From contig OZ059898.1 in the NCBI GenBank assembly GCA_964057225.1, positions 18,910,001 to 18,974,000 on the forward strand: a DNA stretch of 64,000 nt, in the 5' to 3' direction. Source of the DNA: Auanema rhodensis (Eukaryota; Animalia; Nematoda). The notes under the pieces are model-generated. The model was not told the origin of the DNA. It ran no database searches and was given only the letters and a program-made list of their open reading frames with translations. The position numbers and the translations under genes were made by a program. How positions within the stretch are numbered: position 1 is the stretch's first letter; the number at the start of each line of letters is the position of its first letter. Positions 11,559-26,520 of this stretch are shown here, piece by piece.

Positions 11559-14500
11559 ATGCTAATTAAGTGTACACGTGATGTGCACTTGGTATGTAAC
11601 TCGCTTCACGTGAAAGATAAAGAGATGCGGTTTTCAAAATTAGATTCCGCATGTCCATATTAGTCTAAAAACAAATTTTTATTGATATTGGTGCATGGTA
11701 ACCATGACTTTGAAATTTACGTGAACTTTAATTTATGCTAATTAAGTGTACACGTGATGTGCACTTGGTATGTAACTCGCTTCACGTGAAAGATAAAGAG
11801 ATGCGGTTTTCAAAATTAGATTCCCCATGTCCATATTAGTCTAAAAACAAATTTTTATTGATATTCGTGCATGGTAACCATGACTTTGAAATTTACGTGA
11901 ACTTTAATTTATGCTAATTAAGTGTACACGTGATGTGCACTTGGTATGTAACTCGCTTCACGTGAAAGATAAAGAGATGCGGTTTTCAAAATTAGATTCC
12001 CCATGTCCATATTAGTCTAAAAACAAATTTTTATTGATATTGGTGTATGGTAACCATGACTTTGAAATTTACGTGAACTTTAATTTATGCTAATTAAGTG
12101 TACACGTGATGTGCACTTGGTATGTAACTCGCTTCACATGAAAGATAAAGAGATGCGGTTTTCAAAATTAGATTCCCCATGTCCATATTAGTCTAAAAAC
12201 ATATTTTTATTGATATTGGTGCATGGTAACCATGACTTTGAAATTTACGTGAATTTTAATTTATGCTAATTAAGTGTACACATGATGTGCACTTGGTATG
12301 TAACTCGCTTCACGTGAAAGATAAAGAGATGCGGTTTTCAAAATTAGATTTCGCATGTCCATATTAGTCTAAAAACAAATTTTTATTGATATTGGTGCAT
12401 GGCAACCATGACTTTAAAATTTACGTGTACTTTAATTTATGCTAATTAAGTGTACACATGATGTGCACTTGGTATGTAACTCGCTTCACGTGAAAGATAA
12501 AGAGATGCGGTTTTCAAAATTAGATTCCTCATGTCCATATTAGTCTAAAAACAAATTTTTATTGATATTGGTGCATGGCAACCATGACTTTAAAATTTAC
12601 GTGTACTTTAATTTATGCTAATTAAGTGTACACATGATGTGCACTTGGTATGTAACTCGCTTCACGTGAAAGATAAAGTGATGCGGTTTTCAAAATTAGA
12701 TTCCGCATGTCCATATTAGTCTAAAAACAAATTTTTATTGATATTGGTGCATGGTAACCATGACTTTGAAATTTACGTGAACTTTAATTTATGCTAATTA
12801 AGTGTACACGTGATGTGCACTTGGTATGTAACTCGCTTCACGTGAAAGAAAAAGAGATGCGGTTTTCAAAATTAGATTCCCCATGTCCATATTAGTCTAA
12901 AAACAAATTCTTATTGATATTGGTGCATGGTAACCATGACTTTGAAATTTACGTGAACTTTAATTTATGCTAATTAAGTGTACACGTGATGTGCACTTGG
13001 TATGTAAGTCGCTTCACGTGAAAGATAAAGAGATGCGGTTTTCAAAATTAGATTCCCCATGTCCATATTAGTCCAAAAACAAATTTTTATTGATATTGGT
13101 GCATGGCAACCATGACTTTAAAATTTACGTGTACTTTAATTTATGCTAATTAAGTGTACACATGATGTGCACTTGGTATGTAACTCGCTTCACGAGAAAG
13201 ATAAAAAGGTGCGGTTTTCAAATTTAGATTTCGCGTGTCCATATTAGTCTAAAAACAAATTTTTATTGATATTGGTGCATGGTAACCATGACTTTGAAAT
13301 TTACGTGAACTTTAATTTATGCTAATTAAGTGTACACGTGATGTGCACTTGGTATGTAACTCGCTTCACGTGAAAGATAAAGAGATGCGGTTTTCAAAAT
13401 TAGATTCCCCATGTCCATGTTAGTCCAAAAACAAATTTTTATTGATATTGGTGCATGGCAACCATGACTTTAAAATTTACGTGTACTTTAATTTATGCTA
13501 ATTAAGTGTACACATGATGTGCACTTGGTATGTAACTCGCTTCACGAGAAAGATAAAAAGGTGCGGTTTTCAAATTTAGATTTCGCGTGTCCATATTAGT
13601 CTAAAAACAAATTTTTATTGATATTGGTGCATGGCAACCATGACTTTGAAATTTACGTGAACTTTAATTTATGCTAATTAAGTGTACACGTGATGTGCAC
13701 TTGGTATGTAACTCGCTTCACGTGAAAGATAAAGAGATGCGGTTTTCAAAATTAGATTCCGCATGTCCATATTAGTCTAAAAACAAATTTTTATTGATAT
13801 TGGTGCATGGTAACCATGACTTTGAAATTTACGTGAACTTTAATTTATGCTAATTAAGTGTACACGTGATGTGCACTTGGTATGTAACTCGCTTCACGTG
13901 AAAGATAAAGAGATGCGGTTTTCAAAATTAGATTCCCCATGTCCATATTAGTCTAAAAACAAATTTTTATTGATATTCGTGCATGGTAACCATGACTTTG
14001 AAATTTACGTGAACTTTAATTTATGCTAATTAAGTGTACACGTGATGTGCACTTGGTATGTAACTCGCTTCACGTGAAAGATAAAGAGATGCGGTTTTCA
14101 AAATTAGATTCCCCATGTCCATATTAGTCTAAAAACAAATTTTTATTGATATTGGTGTATGGTAACCATGACTTTGAAATTTACGTGAACTTTAATTTAT
14201 GCTAATTAAGTGTACACGTGATGTGCACTTGGTATGTAACTCGCTTCACATGAAAGATAAAGAGATGCGGTTTTCAAAATTAGATTCCCCATGTCCATAT
14301 TAGTCTAAAAACATATTTTTATTGATATTGGTGCATGGTAACCATGACTTTGAAATTTACGTGAATTTTAATTTATGCTAATTAAGTGTACACATGATGT
14401 GCACTTGGTATGTAACTCGCTTCACGTGAAAGATAAAGAGATGCGGTTTTCAAAATTAGATTTCGCATGTCCATATTAGTCTAAAAACAAATTTTTATTG

Positions 14501-14770
14501 ATATTGGTGCATGGCAACCATGACTTTAAAATTTACGTGTACTTTAATTTATGCTAATTAAGTGTACACATGATGTGCACTTGGTATGTAACTCGCTTCA
14601 CGTGAAAGATAAAGAGATGCGGTTTTCAAAATTAGATTCCTCATGTCCATATTAGTCTAAAAACAAATTTTTATTGATATTGGTGCATGGCAACCATGAC
14701 TTTAAAATTTACGTGTACTTTAATTTATGCTAATTAAGTGTACACATGATGTGCACTTGGTATGTAACTC
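11559..14770. repeat. Partial higher-order duplication with 12-monomer offset (2112 bp)
   Basis: ATTCGTGC 11863/13975 and GGTGTATGG 12042/14154, followed by the same order of variant monomers. Confidence 0.8.
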
Positions 14771-16310
14771 GCTTCACGAGAAAGATAAAAAGGTGCGGTT
14801 TTCAAATTTAGATTTCGCGTGTCCATATTAGTCTAAAAACAAATTTTTATTGATATTGGTGCATGGCAACCATGACTTTAAAATTTACGTGTACTTTAAT
14901 TTATGCTAATTAAGTGTACACATGATGTGCACTTGGTATGTAACTCGCTTCACGAGAAAGATAAAAAGGTGCGGTTTTCAAATTTAGATTTCGCGTGTCC
15001 ATATTAGTCTAAAAACAAATTTTTATTGATATTGGTGCATGGTAACCATGACTTTGAAATTTACGTGAACTTTAATTTATGCTAATTAAGTGTACACGTG
15101 ATGTGCACTTGGTATGTAACTCGCTTCACGTGAAAGATAAAGAGATGCGGTTTTCAAAATTAGATTCCGCATGTCCATATTAGTCTAAAAACAAATTTTT
15201 ATTGATATTGGTGCATGGTAACCATGACTTTGAAATTTACGTGAACTTTAATTTATGCTAATTAAGTGTACACGTGATGTGCACTTGGTATGTAACTCGC
15301 TTCACAAGAAAGATAAAGAGATGCGGTTTTCAAAATTAGATTCCTCATGCCCATATTAGTCTAAAAACAAATTTTTATTGATATTGGTGCATGGCAACCA
15401 TGACTTTAAAATTTACGTGTACTTTAATTTATGCTAATTAAGTGTACACATGATGTGCACTTGGTATGTAACTCGCTTCACGTGAAAGATAAAGTGATGC
15501 GGTTTTCAAAATTAGATTCCGCATGTCCATATTAGTCTAAAAACAAATTTTTATTGATATTGGTGCATGGTAACCATGACTTTGAAATTTACGTGAACTT
15601 TAATTTATGCTAATTAAGTGTACACGTGATGTGCACTTGGTATGTAACTCGCTTCACGTGAAAGATAAAGAGATGCGGTTTTCAAAATTAGATTCCGCAT
15701 GTCCATATTAGTCTAAAAACAAATTTTTATTGATATTGGTGCATGGTAACCATGACTTTGAAATTTACGTGAACTTTAATTTATGCTAATTAAGTGTACA
15801 CGTGATGTGCACTTGGAATGTAACTCGCTTCACGTGAAAGATAAAGAGATGCGGTTTTCAAAAATAGATTCCCCATGTCCATATTAGTCTAAAAACAAAT
15901 TTTTATTGATATTGGTGCATGGTAACCATGACTTTGAAATTTACGTGAACTTTAATTTATGCTAATTAAGTGTACACATGATGTGCACTTGGTATGTAAC
16001 TCGCTTCACGAGAAAGATAAAAAGATGCGGTTTTCAAATTTAGATTTCGCGTGTCCATATTAGTCTAAAAACAAATTTTTATTGATATTGGTGCATGGTA
16101 ACCATGACTTTGAAATTTACGTGAACTTTAATTTATGCTAATTAAGTGTACACGTGATGTGCACTTGGTAGGTAACTCGCTTCACGTGAAAGATAAAGAG
16201 ATGCGGATTTCAAAATTAGATTCCTCATGTTCATATTAGTCTAAAAACGAATTTTTATTGATATTGATGCATGGTAACCATGACTTTGAAATTTACGTGA
16301 ACTTTAATTT

Positions 16311-18599
16311 ATGCTAATTAAATGTACACGTGATGTGCACTTGGTATGTAACTCGCTTCACGTGAAAGATAAAGAGATGCGGTTTTCAAAATTAGATTCC
16401 CCATGTCCATATTAGTCTAAAAACAAATTTTTATTGATATTGGTGCATGGTAACCATGAATTTGAAATTTACGTGAACTTTAATTTATGCTAATTAAATG
16501 TACACGTGATGTGCACTTGGTATGTAACTCGCTTCACGTGAAAGATAAAGAGATGCGGTTTTCAAAATTAGATTCCCCATGTCCATATTAGTCTAAAAAC
16601 AAATTTTTATTGATATTGGTGCATGGTAACCATGAATTTGAAATTTACGTGAACTTTAATTTATGCTAATTAAATGTACACGTGATGTGCACTTGGTATG
16701 TAACTCGCTTCACGTGAAAGATAAAGAGATGCGGTTTTCAAAATTAGATTCCCCATGTCCATATTAGTCTAAAAACAAATTTTTATTGATAGTGGTTCAT
16801 GGTAACCATGACTTTGAAATTTACGTGAACTTTAATTTATGCTAATTAAATGTACACGTGATGTGCACTTGGTATGTAACTCGCTTCACGTGAAAGATAA
16901 AGAGATGCGGTTTTCAAAATTAGATTCCCCATGTCCATATTAGTCTAAAAACAAATTTTTATTGATATTGGTGCATGGTAACCATGAATTTGAAATTTAC
17001 GTGAACTTTAATTTATGCTAATTAAATGTACACGTGATGTGCACTTGGTATGTAACTCGCTTCACGTGAAAGATAAAGAGATGCGGTTTTCAAAATTAGA
17101 TTCCCCATGTCCATATTAGTCTAAAAACAAATTTTTATTGATATTGGTGCATGGTAACCATGAATTTGAAATTTACGTGAACTTTAATTTATGCTAATTA
17201 AATGTACACGTGATGTGCACTTGGTATGTAACTCGCTTCACGTGAAAGATAAAGAGATGCGGTTTTCAAAATTAGATTCCCCATGTCCATATTAGTCTAA
17301 AAACAAATTTTTATTGATATTGGTGCATGGTAACCATGACTTTGAAATTTACGTGAACTTTAATTTATGCTAATTAAATGTACACGTGATGTGCACTTGG
17401 TATGTAACTCGCTTCACGTGAAAGATAAAGAGATGCGGTTTTCAAAATTAGATTCCCCATGTCCATATTAGTCTAAAAACAAATTTTTATTGATATTGGT
17501 GCATGGTAACTATGACTTTGAAATTTACGTGAACTTTAATTTATGCTAATTAAATGTACACGTGATGTGCACTTGGTATGTAACTCGCTTCACGTGAAAG
17601 ATAAAGAGATGCGGTTTTCAAAATTAGTTTCCCCATGTCCATATTAGTCTAAAAACAAATTTTTATTGATATTGGTGCATGGTAACCATGACTTTGAAAT
17701 TTACGTGAACTTTAATTTATGCTAATTAAATGTACATGTGATGTGCACTTGGTATGTAACTCGCTTCACGTGAAAGATAAAGAGATGCGGTTTTCAAAAT
17801 TAGATTCCCCATGTCCATATTAGTCTAAAAACAAATTTTTATTGATATTGGTGCATGGTAACCATGACTTTGAAATTTACGTGAACTTAAATTTATGCTA
17901 ATTAAATGTACACGTGATGTGCACTTGGTATGTAACTTGCTTCACGTGAAAGATAAAGAGATGCGGTTTTCAAAATTAAATTTCCTCATGGCCATATTAG
18001 TCTAAAAACAAATTTTTATTGATATTGGTGCATGGTAACCATGACTTTGAAATTTACGTGAACTTTAATTTATGCTAATTAAATGTACATGTGATGTGCA
18101 CTTGGTATGTAACTCGCTTCACGTGAAAGATAAAGAGATGCGGTTTTCAAAATTAGATTCCCCATGTCCATATTAGTCTAAAAACAAATTTTTATTGATA
18201 TTGGTGCATGGTAACCATGACTTTGAAATTTACGTGAACTTTAATTTATGCTAATTAAATGTACACGTGATGTGCACTTGGTATGTAACTCGCTTCACAT
18301 GAAAGATAAAGAGATGCGGTTCTCAAAATTAGATTCCCCATGTCCATATTAGTCTAAAAACAAATTTTTATTGATATTGGTTCATGGTAACCATGACTTT
18401 GAAATTTACGTGAACTTTAATTTATGCTAATTAAATGTACACGTGATGTGCACTTGGTATGAAACTCGCTTCACGTGAAAGATAAAGAGATGCGGTTTTC
18501 AAAATTAGATTCCCCATGTCCATATTAGTCTAAAAACAAATTTTTATTGATATTGGTGCATGGTAACCATGACTTTGAAATTTACGTGAACTTTAATTT
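16311..18599. repeat. 13-monomer island of subfamily A (TTAAATGTACA) inside the G domain
   Basis: The first A-type monomer starts at 16311 and the last at 18424; G type resumes at 18600. Length 2289 = 13x176+1, with a 1-bp insertion near 17980. Confidence 0.92.
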
Positions 18600-18951
18600 A
18601 TGCTAATTAAGTGTACACGTGATGTGCACTTGGTATGTAACTCGCTTCACGTGAAAGATAAAGAGATGCGGTTTTCAAAATTAGATTCCCCATGTCCATA
18701 TTAGTCTAAAAACAAATTTTTATTGATATTCGTGCATGGTAACCATGACTTTGAAATTTACGTGAACTTTAATTTATGCTAATTAAGTGTACACGTGATG
18801 TGCACTTGGTATGTAACTCGCTTCACGTGAAAGATAAAGAGATGCGGTTTTCAAAATTAGATTCCCCATGTCCATATTAGTCTAAAAACAAATTTTTATT
18901 GATATTGGTGCATGGTAACCATGACTTTGAAATTTACGTGAACTTTAATTT

Positions 18952-21900
18952 ATGCTAATTAAGTGTACACGTGATGTGCACTTGGTATGTAACTCGCTTC
19001 ACATGAAAGATAAAGAGATGCGGTTTTCAAAATTAGATTCCCCATGTCCATATTAGTCTAAAAACATATTTTTATTGATATTGGTGCATGGTAACCATGA
19101 CTTTGAAATTTACGTGAATTTTAATTTATGCTAATTAAGTGTACACATGATGTGCACTTGGTATGTAACTCGTTTCACGTGAAAGATAAAGAGATGCGGT
19201 TTTCAAAATTAGATTTCGCATGTCCATATTAGTCTAAAAACAAATTTTTATTGATATTGGTGCATGGCAACCATGACTTTAAAATTTACGTGTACTTTAA
19301 TTTATGCTAATTAAGTGTACACATGATGTGCACTTGGTATGTAACTCGCTTCACGTGAAAGATAAAGAGATGCGGTTTTCAAAATTAGATTCCTCATGTC
19401 CATATTAGTCTAAAAACAAATTTTTATTGATATTGGTGCATGGCAACCATGACTTTAAAATTTACGTGTACTTTAATTTATGCTAATTAAGTGTACACAT
19501 GATGTGCACTTGGTATGTAACTCGCTTCACGTGAAAGATAAAGTGATGCGGTTTTCAAAATTAGATTCCGCATGTCCATATTAGTCTAAAAACAAATTTT
19601 TATTGATATTGGTGCATGGTAACCATGACATTGAAATTTACGTGAACTTTAATTTATGCTAATTAAGTGTACACGTGATGTGCACTTGGTATGTAACTCG
19701 CTTCACGTGAAAGAAAAAGAGATGCGGTTTTCAAAATTAGATTCCGCATGTCCATATTAGTCTAAAAACAAATTTTTATTGATATTGGTGCATGGTAACC
19801 ATGACTTTGAAATTTACGTGAACTTTAATTTATGCTAATTAAGTGTACACGTGATGTGCTTTTGGTATGTAACTCGCTTCACGTGAAAGATAAAGAGATG
19901 CGGTTTTCAAAATTAGATTCCCCATGTCCATGTTAGTCCAAAAACAAATTTTTATTGATATTGGTGCATGGCAACCATGACTTTAAAATTTACGTGTACT
20001 TTAATTTATGCTAATTAAGTGTACACATGATGTGCACTTGGTATGTAACTCGCTTCACGAGAAAGATAAAAAGGTGCGGTTTTCAAATTTAGATTTCGCG
20101 TGTCCATATTAGTCTAAAAACAAATTTTTATTGATATTGGTGCATGGCAACCATGACTTTAAAATTTACGTGTACTTTAATTTATGCTAATTAAGTGTAC
20201 ACATGATGTGCACTTGGTATGTAACTCGCTTCACAAGAAAGATAAAGAGATGCGGTTTTCAAAATTAGATTCCTCATGCCCATATTAGTCTAAAAACAAA
20301 TTTTTATTGATATTGGTGCATGGTAACCATGACTTTGAAATTTACGTGAACTTTAATTTATGCTAATTAAGTGTACACGTGATGTGCACTTGGTATGTAA
20401 CTCGCTTCACAAGAAAGATAAAGAGATGCGGTTTTCAAAATTAGATTCCTCATGCCCATATTAGTCTAAAAACAAATTTTTATTGATATTGGTGCATGGC
20501 AACCATGACTTTGAAATTTACGTGAACTTTAATTTATGCTAATTAAGTGTACACGTGATGTGCACTTGGTATGTAACTCGCTTCACATGAAAGATAAAGA
20601 GATGCGGTTTTCAAAATTAGATTCCCCATGTCCATATTAGTCTAAAAACATATTTTTATTGATATTGGTGCATGGTAACCATGACTTTGAAATTTACGTG
20701 AATTTTAATTTATGCTAATTAAGTGTACACATGATGTGCACTTGGTATGTAACTCGCTTCACGTGAAAGATAAAGAGATGCGGTTTTCAAAATTAGATTT
20801 CGCATGTCCATATTAGTCTAAAAACAAATTTTTATTGATATTGGTGCATGGCAACCATGACTTTAAAATTTACGTGTACTTTAATTTATGCTAATTAAGT
20901 GTACACATGATGTGCACTTGGTATGTAACTCGCTTCACGTGAAAGATAAAGAGATGCGGTTTTCAAAATTAGATTCCTCATGTCCATATTAGTCTAAAAA
21001 CAAATTTTTATTGATATTGGTGCATGGCAACCATGACTTTAAAATTTACGTGTACTTTAATTTATGCTAATTAAGTGTACACATGATGTGCACTTGGTAT
21101 GTAACTCGCTTCACGTGAAAGATAAAGTGATGCGGTTTTCAAAATTAGATTCCGCATGTCCATATTAGTCTAAAAACAAATTCTTATTGATATTGGTGCA
21201 TGGTAACCATGACTTTGAAATTTACGTGTACTTTAATTTATGCTAATTAAGTGTACACGTGATGTGCACTTGGTATGTAACTCGCTTCACGTGAAAGAAA
21301 AAGAGATGCGGTTTTCAAAATTAGATTCCCCATGTCCATATTAGTCTAAAAACAAATTCTTATTGATATTGGTGCATGGTAACCATGACTTTGAAATTTA
21401 CGTGAACTTTAATTTATGCTAATTAAGTGTACACGTGATGTGCACTTGGTATGTAAGTCGCTTCACGTGAAAGATAAAGAGATGCGGTTTTCAAAATTAG
21501 ATTCCCCATGTCCATATTAGTCCAAAAACAAATTTTTATTGATATTGGTGCATGGCAACCATGACTTTAAAATTTACGTGTACTTTAATTTATGCTAATT
21601 AAGTGTACACATGATGTGCACTTGGTATGTAACTCGCTTCACGAGAAAGATAAAAAGGTGCGGTTTTCAAATTTAGATTTCGCGTGTCCATATTAGTCTA
21701 AAAACAAATTTTTATTGATATTGGTGCATGGTAACCATGACTTTGAAATTTACGTGAACTTTAATTTATGCTAATTAAGTGTACACGTGATGTGCTTTTG
21801 GTATGTAACTCGCTTCACGTGAAAGATAAAGAGATGCGGTTTTCAAAATTAGATTCCCCATGTCCATGTTAGTCCAAAAACAAATTTTTATTGATATTGG

Positions 21901-24900
21901 TGCATGGCAACCATGACTTTAAAATTTACGTGTACTTTAATTTATGCTAATTAAGTGTACACATGATGTGCACTTGGTATGTAACTCGCTTCACGAGAAA
22001 GATAAAAAGGTGCGGTTTTCAAATTTAGATTTCGCGTGTCCATATTAGTCTAAAAACAAATTTTTATTGATATTGGTGCATGGCAACCATGACTTTAAAA
22101 TTTACGTGTACTTTAATTTATGCTAATTAAGTGTACACATGATGTGCACTTGGTATGTAACTCGCTTCACAAGAAAGATAAAGAGATGCGGTTTTCAAAA
22201 TTAGATTCCTCATGCCCATATTAGTCTAAAAACAAATTTTTATTGATATTGGTGCATGGTAACCATGACTTTGAAATTTACGTGAACTTTAATTTATGCT
22301 AATTAAGTGTACACGTGATGTGCACTTGGTATGTAACTCGCTTCACAAGAAAGATAAAGAGATGCGGTTTTCAAAATTAGATTCCTCATGCCCATATTAG
22401 TCTAAAAACAAATTTTTATTGATATTGGTGCATGGCAACCATGACTTTAAAATTTACGTGTACTTTAATTTATGCTAATTAAGTGTACACATGATGTGCA
22501 CTTGGTATGTAACTCGCTTCACAAGAAAGATAAAGAGATGCGGTTTTCAAAATTAGATTCCTCATGCCCATATTAGTCTAAAAACAAATTTTTATTGATA
22601 TTGGTGCATGGCAACCATGACTTTGAAATTTACGTGAACTTTAATTTATGCTAATTAAGTGTACACGTGATGTGCACTTGGTATGTAACTCGCTTCACAT
22701 GAAAGATAAAGAGATGCGGTTTTCAAAATTAGATTCCCCATGTCCATATTAGTCTAAAAACATATTTTTATTGATATTGGTGCATGGTAACCATGACTTT
22801 GAAATTTACGTGAATTTTAATTTATGCTAATTAAGTGTACACATGATGTGCACTTGGTATGTAACTCGCTTCACGTGAAAGATAAAGAGATGCGGTTTTC
22901 AAAATTAGATTTCGCATGTCCATATTAGTCTAAAAACAAATTTTTATTGATATTGGTGCATGGCAACCATGACTTTAAAATTTACGTGTACTTTAATTTA
23001 TGCTAATTAAGTGTACACATGATGTGCACTTGGTATGTAACTCGCTTCACGTGAAAGATAAAGAGATGCGGTTTTCAAAATTAGATTCCTCATGTCCATA
23101 TTAGTCTAAAAACAAATTTTTATTGATATTGGTGCATGGCAACCATGACTTTAAAATTTACGTGTACTTTAATTTATGCTAATTAAGTGTACACATGATG
23201 TGCACTTGGTATGTAACTCGCTTCACGTGAAAGATAAAGTGATGCGGTTTTCAAAATTAGATTCCGCATGTCCATATTAGTCTAAAAACAAATTCTTATT
23301 GATATTGGTGCATGGTAACCATGACTTTGAAATTTACGTGTACTTTAATTTATGCTAATTAAGTGTACACGTGATGTGCACTTGGTATGTAACTCGCTTC
23401 ACGTGAAAGAAAAAGAGATGCGGTTTTCAAAATTAGATTCCCCATGTCCATATTAGTCTAAAAACAAATTCTTATTGATATTGGTGCATGGTAACCATGA
23501 CTTTGAAATTTACGTGAACTTTAATTTATGCTAATTAAGTGTACACGTGATGTGCACTTGGTATGTAAGTCGCTTCACGTGAAAGATAAAGAGATGCGGT
23601 TTTCAAAATTAGATTCCCCATGTCCATATTAGTCCAAAAACAAATTTTTATTGATATTGGTGCATGGCAACCATGACTTTAAAATTTACGTGTACTTTAA
23701 TTTATGCTAATTAAGTGTACACATGATGTGCACTTGGTATGTAACTCGCTTCACGAGAAAGATAAAAAGGTGCGGTTTTCAAATTTAGATTTCGCGTGTC
23801 CATATTAGTCTAAAAACAAATTTTTATTGATATTGGTGCATGGTAACCATGACTTTGAAATTTACGTGAACTTTAATTTATGCTAATTAAGTGTACACGT
23901 GATGTGCTTTTGGTATGTAACTCGCTTCACGTGAAAGATAAAGAGATGCGGTTTTCAAAATTAGATTCCCCATGTCCATGTTAGTCCAAAAACAAATTTT
24001 TATTGATATTGGTGCATGGCAACCATGACTTTAAAATTTACGTGTACTTTAATTTATGCTAATTAAGTGTACACATGATGTGCACTTGGTATGTAACTCG
24101 CTTCACGAGAAAGATAAAAAGGTGCGGTTTTCAAATTTAGATTTCGCGTGTCCATATTAGTCTAAAAACAAATTTTTATTGATATTGGTGCATGGCAACC
24201 ATGACTTTAAAATTTACGTGTACTTTAATTTATGCTAATTAAGTGTACACATGATGTGCACTTGGTATGTAACTCGCTTCACAAGAAAGATAAAGAGATG
24301 CGGTTTTCAAAATTAGATTCCTCATGCCCATATTAGTCTAAAAACAAATTTTTATTGATATTGGTGCATGGTAACCATGACTTTGAAATTTACGTGAACT
24401 TTAATTTATGCTAATTAAGTGTACACGTGATGTGCACTTGGTATGTAACTCGCTTCACAAGAAAGATAAAGAGATGCGGTTTTCAAAATTAGATTCCTCA
24501 TGCCCATATTAGTCTAAAAACAAATTTTTATTGATATTGGTGCATGGCAACCATGACTTTAAAATTTACGTGTACTTTAATTTATGCTAATTAAGTGTAC
24601 ACATGATGTGCACTTGGTATGTAACTCGCTTCACGTGAAAGATAAAGTGATGCGGTTTTCAAAATTAGATTCCGCATGTCCATATTAGTCTAAAAACAAA
24701 TTTTTATTGATATTGGTGCATGGCAACCATGACTTTAAAATTTACGTGTACTTTAATTTATGCTAATTAAGTGTACACATGATGTGCACTTGGTATGTAA
24801 CTCGCTTCACATGAAAGATAAAGAGATGCGGTTTTCAAAATTAGATTCCTCATGTCCATATTAGTCTAAAAACAAATTTTTATTGATATTGGTGCATGGC

Positions 24901-26520
24901 AACCATGACTTTAAAATTTACGTGTACTTTAATTTATGCTAATTAAGTGTACACATGATGTGCACTTGGTATGTAACTCGCTTCACGTGAAAGATAAAGT
25001 GATGCGGTTTTCAAAATTAGATTCCGCATGTCCATATTAGTCTAAAAACAAATTCTTATTGATATTGGTGCATGGTAACCATGACTTTGAAATTTACGTG
25101 TACTTTAATTTATGCTAATTAAGTGTACACGTGATGTGCACTTGGTATGTAACTCGCTTCACGTGAAAGAAAAAGAGATGCGGTTTTCAAAATTAGATTC
25201 CCCATGTCCATATTAGTCTAAAAACAAATTCTTATTGATATTGGTGCATGGTAACCATGACTTTGAAATTTACGTGAACTTTAATTTATGCTAATTAAGT
25301 GTACACGTGATGTGCACTTGGTATGTAAGTCGCTTCACGTGAAAGATAAAGAGATGCGGTTTTCAAAATTAGATTCCCCATGTCCATATTAGTCCAAAAA
25401 CAAATTTTTATTGATATTGGTGCATGGCAACCATGACTTTAAAATTTACGTGTACTTTAATTTATGCTAATTAAGTGTACACATGATGTGCACTTGGTAT
25501 GTAACTCGCTTCACGAGAAAGATAAAAAGGTGCGGTTTTCAAATTTAGATTTCGCGTGTCCATATTAGTCTAAAAACAAATTTTTATTGATATTGGTGCA
25601 TGGTAACCATGACTTTGAAATTTACGTGAACTTTAATTTATGCTAATTAAGTGTACACGTGATGTGCTTTTGGTATGTAACTCGCTTCACGTGAAAGATA
25701 AAGAGATGCGGTTTTCAAAATTAGATTCCCCATGTCCATGTTAGTCCAAAAACAAATTTTTATTGATATTGGTGCATGGCAACCATGACTTTAAAATTTA
25801 CGTGTACTTTAATTTATGCTAATTAAGTGTACACATGATGTGCACTTGGTATGTAACTCGCTTCACGAGAAAGATAAAAAGGTGCGGTTTTCAAATTTAG
25901 ATTTCGCGTGTCCATATTAGTCTAAAAACAAATTTTTATTGATATTGGTGCATGGCAACCATGACTTTAAAATTTACGTGTACTTTAATTTATGCTAATT
26001 AAGTGTACACATGATGTGCACTTGGTATGTAACTCGCTTCACAAGAAAGATAAAGAGATGCGGTTTTCAAAATTAGATTCCTCATGCCCATATTAGTCTA
26101 AAAACAAATTTTTATTGATATTGGTGCATGGTAACCATGACTTTGAAATTTACGTGAACTTTAATTTATGCTAATTAAGTGTACACGTGATGTGCACTTG
26201 GTATGTAACTCGCTTCACAAGAAAGATAAAGAGATGCGGTTTTCAAAATTAGATTCCTCATGCCCATATTAGTCTAAAAACAAATTTTTATTGATATTGG
26301 TGCATGGCAACCATGACTTTAAAATTTACGTGTACTTTAATTTATGCTAATTAAGTGTACACATGATGTGCACTTGGTATGTAACTCGCTTCACGTGAAA
26401 GATAAAGTGATGCGGTTTTCAAAATTAGATTCCGCATGTCCATATTAGTCTAAAAACAAATTTTTATTGATATTGGTGCATGGCAACCATGACTTTAAAA
26501 TTTACGTGTACTTTAATTTA
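18952..26520. repeat. Variable-length higher-order repeat run (11-, 12- and 10-monomer spacing)
   Basis: Marker GTGCTTTT at 19856, 21792, 23904, 25664 (offsets 1936, 2112, 1760). GTAAGTCG at 21453, 23565, 25325 (offsets 2112, 1760). Confidence 0.87.

Larger units (their letters stand above)
1..16310. repeat. Subfamily G domain 1 (TTAAGTGTACA monomers)
   Basis: Monomer position 12 is G and position 135 is mostly G (GGTGCATGG). Domain-typical alleles: CACATGAT, GGCAACC, CTTTAAAA, GTGTACT, GAGAAAGATAAAAAG, TTTCGCGTG. Confidence 0.93.
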
